From a virus: a DNA stretch of 64,000 nt. Each line of letters opens with the position of its first letter. The stretch's first letter is position 1. The stretch spans positions 1 through 64,000 of IMG/VR virus record IMGVR_UViG_3300035459_000118, one strand, 5' to 3'. Shown here one piece after another: positions 58,691-64,000 of this stretch. Under the pieces are notes generated by a model. It had not been told where the DNA came from and did not search any database. It saw only the letters and a program-made list of their open reading frames with translations. Position numbers and translations under genes: made by a program.

Positions 58691-59248
58691 ATGTCTACAA
58701 GATTCATCGAAGCCTCAAAAGAGGCGTGTGAAATGACGGTCAAAGTTCAGCAGGAATGGTTCCCACAACTGGAAAAGGCCGTCATCAAATGCCTGTTTGA
58801 CACCAAGATGCGCAAACGGGGGAACAAGGTTGTCCTCGGCAGGATACTCAAGGCCAACGACCTGATCCGTCGGCTTACCGACACCATGGCCGAGGAAGGC
58901 TGCGACTATATCCTTTTCCTGGACGAAGTCGCCTTCACCAATATCCCTGATGCCGACAAAGTTCGGCTAGTGAGGCACGAACTCCGGCACTGCAAAGTCA
59001 CGGGAACCATCGAGAAACCAAAGTATAAGATCATACCCCATGACATTGAGGATTTTGTCATTGAGATCGAACTTAATAAAGACAAAATCAACTGGGCTAC
59101 CGATGCTGCTCGGCTCGTTACCGACATCTACGAGCAGATCGAAGAGACCAAAAATGAAGAAGAACAAAAGAAAGAAACTCAAGAACCTCCGGCACAGCAG
59201 CAAGCGGTTGCCCCCAAAAGCCGATTTGGCTCACCGAGGACTGCATAG
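58691..59248 (+). CDS. Putative phage metallopeptidase
   Basis: LVRHELRHC...PHDIEDF. Confidence 0.7.
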   Translation: MSTRFIEASKEACEMTVKVQQEWFPQLEKAVIKCLFDTKMRKRGNKVVLGRILKANDLIRRLTDTMAEEGCDYILFLDEVAFTNIPDADKVRLVRHELRHCKVTGTIEKPKYKIIPHDIEDFVIEIELNKDKINWATDAARLVTDIYEQIEETKNEEEQKKETQEPPAQQQAVAPKSRFGSPRTA

Positions 59249-60102
59249 TGCTACTTATTATTGACAGTAATTACGTTTCATGGGTCTGCGCCTATGCCCT
59301 TTCCCGAGGGATGGAGTATAAAGGAGGCAGGACGGAAGTTGTCTTCGGCTTTATGCGTCAACTGTTTTCTCTATTTGAGAACTTCGAGCCGACACAGGTA
59401 GCCTTCTGCTGGGACTCCAGACAAAGCAAGCGTCGGGAAATCTATCCCGAATACAAGGCAAACCGCCACAAAGAAAAAACCGAAGATGAAAAGGAATCCC
59501 AGTCTCTTATTCTTGAACAATTTGAAGAGATAAAAAAGGAAGTCTTGCCATTCTTGGGGTTTGCTAATATCTTTGAGGTTTCCGGGTATGAGTCCGATGA
59601 CCTGATCGCAGTCCTGGTTCAACAAGGGCTTTATCCGGCCGACAAAACCATCGTAATCAGCTCTGATGCCGATCTTTACCAGTTATTAGGCCAATGCTCC
59701 CTTTATTCCATAACGAAGGCGCAAACGACAAATCTGGACGGTTTCCAGAGGAATTACGGAATAACCCCCGACGACTGGGTCAAAGTCAAAGCCATGGCGG
59801 GTTGTTCTTCTGACAATGTAAAAGGCATCAGTGGAATTGGGGAGAAAAAAGCCATCGACTATCTGACAGGCAAACTGAATCATGGCAAGATGTTCTTGAA
59901 AATAAAAGACTCACAGGAAATCATCGACCGCAATCTTCAGTTGGTAGAGCTACCCTTTATTGGGACTCCCATCCCAAAGCTCCGCAGGAACGGTCTTATG
60001 CTGGACTGTTTTACTGTTGTTGCTCAAACCTACGGACTGAAATCCCTGCTTGACAAGAAGAGCCTCTTACGGTGGGAAAAGATTATTCGGAGAATTGATT
60101 AA
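59248..60102 (+). CDS. 5'-3' exonuclease / flap endonuclease
   Basis: IIDS, YPEYKANR, ESDD, SDADLYQL, SDNVKGISGIGEKKA. Confidence 0.93.
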   Translation: MLLIIDSNYVSWVCAYALSRGMEYKGGRTEVVFGFMRQLFSLFENFEPTQVAFCWDSRQSKRREIYPEYKANRHKEKTEDEKESQSLILEQFEEIKKEVLPFLGFANIFEVSGYESDDLIAVLVQQGLYPADKTIVISSDADLYQLLGQCSLYSITKAQTTNLDGFQRNYGITPDDWVKVKAMAGCSSDNVKGISGIGEKKAIDYLTGKLNHGKMFLKIKDSQEIIDRNLQLVELPFIGTPIPKLRRNGLMLDCFTVVAQTYGLKSLLDKKSLLRWEKIIRRID

Positions 60103-60115
60103 AGTGAGGTATAAT
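60097..60115 (+). promoter_or_regulatory. Class B promoter-like motif
   Basis: gattaaagtgaggtataat. Confidence 0.6.
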
Positions 60116-60555
60116 AATTTTAAGGAAGGCAAAGGATTTATTAATATTGATTATGATACTCTTACTGTTAATGGAGTCCCGTTAGAACAAATGGAAGCTG
60201 GAAAAATCAGAACCTGTCGATATTGCGAATATCTCGGAGAAAATGAATGCCCTTATTATCCTATAAGATGGAAATTCCCAAGAAAAGTTGATGACCCTTC
60301 TTGCAGTCAATTTATCGCTCTAAAGGATGTTTCAAGATTCAAAGAACGGGCAAAGATAGATCAAGTTGCTATTGAAAAAAAGAAGATTGCAGACAAGATC
60401 AAAGGACCCCTTAAAAGAAGTATAGAATTATGAAAAACAAAAATGGGTGTTTTATTGAAGCCCGTCTCGAAACACCTGTAGCTAACAGTATGGGATTGAG
60501 AAATTTTCACAGTCCATTATTGGTTAAAACATTTGAGGTGAAAGGAGAAAAGAAA

Positions 60556-60882
60556 ATGGCAAAGAAAACGTATGTTAAACCCATCCCCAAAAGCATTATG
60601 AAGGAACACCTCGAGAATATTCTTCCTACGAAGAAGGTCGGCGAGGTCGTCATCCAGACCAAACAGTACAACATCCTGATGAATACTCTCTCCCGCGCCA
60701 CGAACGAACTGGAAGAAAAACTGGCAGCAGTTCTGCCCATAGAGCGCAAGGAAATCATCGACCGAAGTTCTTCTCCGACAGTCTCAGTGACTCCGCAATC
60801 GATCCAGTTGGAGAGGTTGAACTATCGGCTCAAGGACATAATCGGCCGAATCAACGCAATGAAGAATACCTGCGAACTGTAG
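60556..60882 (+). CDS. Hypothetical coiled-coil protein
   Basis: Start MAKKTY with RBS. Confidence 0.5.
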   Translation: MAKKTYVKPIPKSIMKEHLENILPTKKVGEVVIQTKQYNILMNTLSRATNELEEKLAAVLPIERKEIIDRSSSPTVSVTPQSIQLERLNYRLKDIIGRINAMKNTCEL

Positions 60883-60896
60883 ATCTTTGAAAAAAG

Positions 60897-61179
60897 GGGT
60901 CGGCGGCGTAGTGATGGTTACGCGCAGCTGAGTAGGCAGATGAGGTAACAAATCATGTCAATGAGTGGAAATCCGGGAAAACGTGAACGACAGGCTAGAA
61001 AATGTCATGGACGTGCCCTTTGGTTGAAGGGAACGGGTGTTGCTCCGTTGAAGGTCGGTCACGAACATTTCCGGAGGTTGCTCAAAGCATCAATTTGTGG
61101 CCAATGCCGAAAGGTCAACTTGCAAAAGGTGTCAAGGAGAGCAACAGCAACACCAGCCGGTTAAATCCGGCCCGACCCT
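60897..61179 (+). ncRNA. tRNA-like element with large internal insert containing an ORF (60955-61164)
   Basis: Acceptor GGGTCGG/CCGACCC, D-like arm GCGT..ACGC, T-like arm GCCGG-TTAAAT-CCGGC; no CCA and no anticodon arm. Confidence 0.5.
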
Positions 61180-61396
61180 GATTAGAACTTGGCCAAGGAG
61201 AGACTGCTGAACGTATATGGGTCAGGCTCAAGCGTTATTAGTGGGGAACGATCGTGAAATCCCTGGGCCAAGTTCTTTTATTTTTATTATTTATTTCGGG
61301 AGGGACGAAATTTGTGAAGGGGAAACCGAGATTATAACGGCGTGAAAGACGCGACGACGGACTCCTGGCCCTCCCGATTTTTAAAGAAAGAAAAAA

Positions 61397-61582
61397 ATGA
61401 AAGTCATTTGTGTTGATAATTTTAACAGAGAAACCAGGAATGATTTCTTAATTGTTGCAAAGGTTGATAAAGAAACAGGAGAACAAATGGTGACCCGTCT
61501 TAATAATGAAGCTGATCCTGACGGACCAAACTTTTACAGGTTAGTTGGGGATGATTATGTCCTTTATGTCTGGGAACCATAA
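61397..61582 (+). CDS. Small hypothetical protein
   Basis: DNFNRE...YRLV.DDY.LY.WEP. Confidence 0.6.
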   Translation: MKVICVDNFNRETRNDFLIVAKVDKETGEQMVTRLNNEADPDGPNFYRLVGDDYVLYVWEP

Positions 61583-61596
61583 GAAAGGAAACTACC

Positions 61597-62205
61597 ATGA
61601 ACTACAATGACATGTTCCTGAAACTCAAGTGTTCGACTGATGTTCTGAATGCAGTATATCCCCTTACTCGGCCTCGCAAGGAAATCTCCGAATCGATGGC
61701 TATCATCCAGAAAATCAAGGGATTGATCCTAAAGTATCCCGGAAGATTCAATATTATCGACCTTTGCGCAGGCAATGCACTGACCTCAATCATCGCTGCT
61801 CACCTGCTTTCGATCACGGACGCCAAGGCGGTAGACGTCAGAGTAAATCCACGCGATCTTACGGGTGTGAAAAAGTTCACATACTGCAACCTGGATATCC
61901 TGAACCAGATAAAGAGCTTCGGAGTCAATTCCATCGTAATCTCTTCCCATCCGTGCAAACTTGCGACGAAGATCATCGAATTGTATAATCTGTCAAAGTC
62001 TCCGGCGATCTGTATAATTCCTTGCTGTTTTGGGGAATGGGATCTGCCCAACCGGCACTTTTTACAGAACTTCGCGCCGAACTATGATCTTTGGAGCTAT
62101 TATCTTTCTACGTTGATCAAAGATTCCGAAGTCCGGGTTGTTAAGGACCATAGAATTCTGAGTCCCTGCAATGATGTGATCTATGCGGAAAGGACAATCA
62201 AATGA
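61597..62205 (+). CDS. SAM-dependent methyltransferase-like protein
   Basis: IIDLCAGNALT, SHPC, IPCC. Confidence 0.6.
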   Translation: MNYNDMFLKLKCSTDVLNAVYPLTRPRKEISESMAIIQKIKGLILKYPGRFNIIDLCAGNALTSIIAAHLLSITDAKAVDVRVNPRDLTGVKKFTYCNLDILNQIKSFGVNSIVISSHPCKLATKIIELYNLSKSPAICIIPCCFGEWDLPNRHFLQNFAPNYDLWSYYLSTLIKDSEVRVVKDHRILSPCNDVIYAERTIK

Positions 62206-62750
62206 ATGGAAATTGGGTCCTGACATTTACAGGCAAGGCGTTTCCTCTAATTAATATTGATCCTGAAAAGATAGATATTCAAGATATTGCGCATTCTCTT
62301 TCTAATCAATGCAGATGGAACGGACATTGTCGACAATTTTATTCAGTTGCTGAACATTGCATTGAAATGTCGTTGATGGAAGGTATCAATCCTTTGGTTG
62401 GGTTACTTCATGATGCAGCAGAAGCATATATCGGGGACATCGTTTCCCCTTTGAAAAGAATTTTAAAAGGAGGATTTCAACCTCCATCATTAGGGTTGAT
62501 CGAAGACAAATTGAACAGGACAATCGAAAAGAAATTTTCTTTACCTTTTTACAGTATAAATTCTCCATCCATAGAACATGCCGACTGGATTCTCGTCGCG
62601 ACCGAAAAGAGAGATATTGTTTCTCCTTGTGAGGCCGAATGGGGAATAGGTTTGCCGGCTCCCATGGAAAAGAAAATCGTCCCGGTTTTGGTTCCGCCAC
62701 TCATTGAATTAAATTTCCTGGATAGGTTCAGAAAATTGACGGAGAAATAA
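62202..62750 (+). CDS. HD-domain 5'-deoxynucleotidase (YfbR-like)
   Basis: DIAHSLS..CRWNGH..YSVAEH, LLHDAAEAYIGD. Confidence 0.85.
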   Translation: MNGNWVLTFTGKAFPLINIDPEKIDIQDIAHSLSNQCRWNGHCRQFYSVAEHCIEMSLMEGINPLVGLLHDAAEAYIGDIVSPLKRILKGGFQPPSLGLIEDKLNRTIEKKFSLPFYSINSPSIEHADWILVATEKRDIVSPCEAEWGIGLPAPMEKKIVPVLVPPLIELNFLDRFRKLTEK

Positions 62751-62751
62751 A

Positions 62752-63185
62752 ATGGCTGAAAACGGAGAATATAGAGTCGTTTCAAATGGTTTCGTTTTCC
62801 TCGTTGAGCAATATGTAAAGAAACGATTTTTATTTTTTAGTTGGGGAAAATGGTATCTTTTGCATTCAATGTCACCAGATGGAGATTTCGATCAACCAAA
62901 AGAATTCAATACAGAAAAAGAAGCACGAGATAGAATTAAAGAACTCAAAAAACAAGATGAGGCAGAAAGTAAAAAACACCCGTTCGTTGAGGTTCCAGAA
63001 TGGCCGAGAGCCTAGGGCAAATCCCTTTTGGGAATACACATAAAGGAAAAGACATTGAAGATTGTCCGACTGATTATCTGACTTGGCTCAAAGGCGAAAA
63101 ATGGTTCCAGGATAAGTATCCTGCATTGCGCAAGAATATACTTGCGGAATTGAAATACAGAGAAAGATTTGGTGACCCGGAATGA
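62752..63185 (+). other. Two small ORFs (62752-63015; 63000-63185 with PFG.HKG..I...P.DYL.W motif)
   Basis: ORF track and motif. Confidence 0.55.
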
Positions 63186-63811
63186 AAATCATAGGCATTA
63201 TAGGCAAAAAGGGATCGGGTAAAACAACCTTTGCTAATTACCTTCAAGCTGAGTTTGAAAAGGCTCCCAAGGAACTTGCTCTCCGATTTTCATTCGGGAA
63301 ACCCCTGAAACAGATGATCGAACAAGCCGAAATTTGTTCACATAAAGAACTCTATGAAGAAAAAACGGCATTTTCGCGCCTGATGATGCAAAAGATCGGA
63401 ACGGAGATTATTCGTCGTATTGATCCTGATTATTTTTGCAAGCAAATGTGGAATGGCTTACATACAGCCTTTTCACACGAACCAACCTCTATTATCATTA
63501 TTGATGATGTCCGTTTTAAAAACGAAGCCCAGCTTATCCGGTCATTGGGAGGAATTTTAATCAAAATAGAAAGAGAGATTCAAAAGCAAGAAGATAATCA
63601 TACCTCAGAAATTGAACAAGATACGATTCGTTATCATCTTCTTTACCAAAATAATGTCTCATTAGAAAACCTCCAGAAACAAGCACAATATTTTTGTTCA
63701 TGGTCCTCAGAAGAAAACGCTAACTGTATGCCAACCCGAAAAGAACATTTCCGAAAGGAGAATACAAAATCATGGAGATCATTCGTCCCTCGTTCCAGAT
63801 ACTCGCTATGA
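63182..63811 (+). CDS. Deoxynucleoside monophosphate kinase
   Basis: GKKGSGKT, MQKIGTE..R, DDVRFKNE, HTSE. Confidence 0.88.
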   Translation: MKIIGIIGKKGSGKTTFANYLQAEFEKAPKELALRFSFGKPLKQMIEQAEICSHKELYEEKTAFSRLMMQKIGTEIIRRIDPDYFCKQMWNGLHTAFSHEPTSIIIIDDVRFKNEAQLIRSLGGILIKIEREIQKQEDNHTSEIEQDTIRYHLLYQNNVSLENLQKQAQYFCSWSSEENANCMPTRKEHFRKENTKSWRSFVPRSRYSL

Positions 63812-64000
63812 CCGGTCACCCGGAGCTTCCGTATCAATATCAGCCAAACCCGGAACTGTTGATCGAAGCTGCCGGGAGAACCTGTTACAAATCCGAAGAC
63901 AAGATCACCGAAGGGTCGGCAAAGGATTTCGTTGCAATGGCCCAGGAAAAGAAACACCTAACTGTCCTGGAACATTCCTGGGAGGTGAGAAGGTATCCAA
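63772..64000 (+). CDS. thyX: FAD-dependent thymidylate synthase (partial)
   Basis: Manual translation MEIIRPSF...IEAAGRTCYKSEDKITEGSA...HLTVLEH; RBS AAGGAG. Confidence 0.8.
   Translation, partial: MEIIRPSFQILAMTGHPELPYQYQPNPELLIEAAGRTCYKSEDKITEGSAKDFVAMAQEKKHLTVLEHSWEVRRYP

Noticed and set aside
61195-61265. Glycine riboswitch (ggagaga start)
   Set aside because: Lacks the ccgaag and ctctcagg core elements.

Overview
Fragment of a large tailed (Caudoviricetes) dsDNA phage genome with two divergent arms. The minus arm (1-21.8 kb) holds a head module of the DUF2213/DUF1073 type: a decoration protein, prohead protease-scaffold, MuF, portal and terminases. It also carries a lysis cassette and two signal-peptide-bearing fibre-like proteins. 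The head module has unusual cargo: a portal fused to a type IB topoisomerase, an ADP-ribosyltransferase-like plus pyrophosphatase-like polyvalent protein, and many repeated [TAVG]-x-D-[AGS] candidate protease sites. The plus arm (22.1-64 kb) starts with a sigma70 promoter, a boxA-like site and a ~530-nt hairpin-rich non-coding leader. It continues with an AAA-ATPase module and a mosaic replisome (DnaE fused to a family-4 UDG, a gp45/PCNA-like clamp with loader, primase, helicases, NAD ligase, RecA, SSB), then nucleotide metabolism genes ending in ThyX. The best candidate for a novel system is at 43.1-50.5 kb: a DNA hypermodification cluster combining an aGPT-PPlase2-like DNA transferase, a P-loop kinase fused to a CX5R phosphatase, a radical SAM enzyme, an FkbM methyltransferase and myo-inositol-1-phosphate synthase. 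This suggests inositol-modified phage DNA, and several of these proteins end in PIP-box-like clamp-binding tails. Also seen: two phage-specific promoter classes, a recurring SRFN peptide motif, attenuator-like leaders and a tRNA-like shell enclosing an ORF. All family assignments come from motif recognition by eye; no searches were run.
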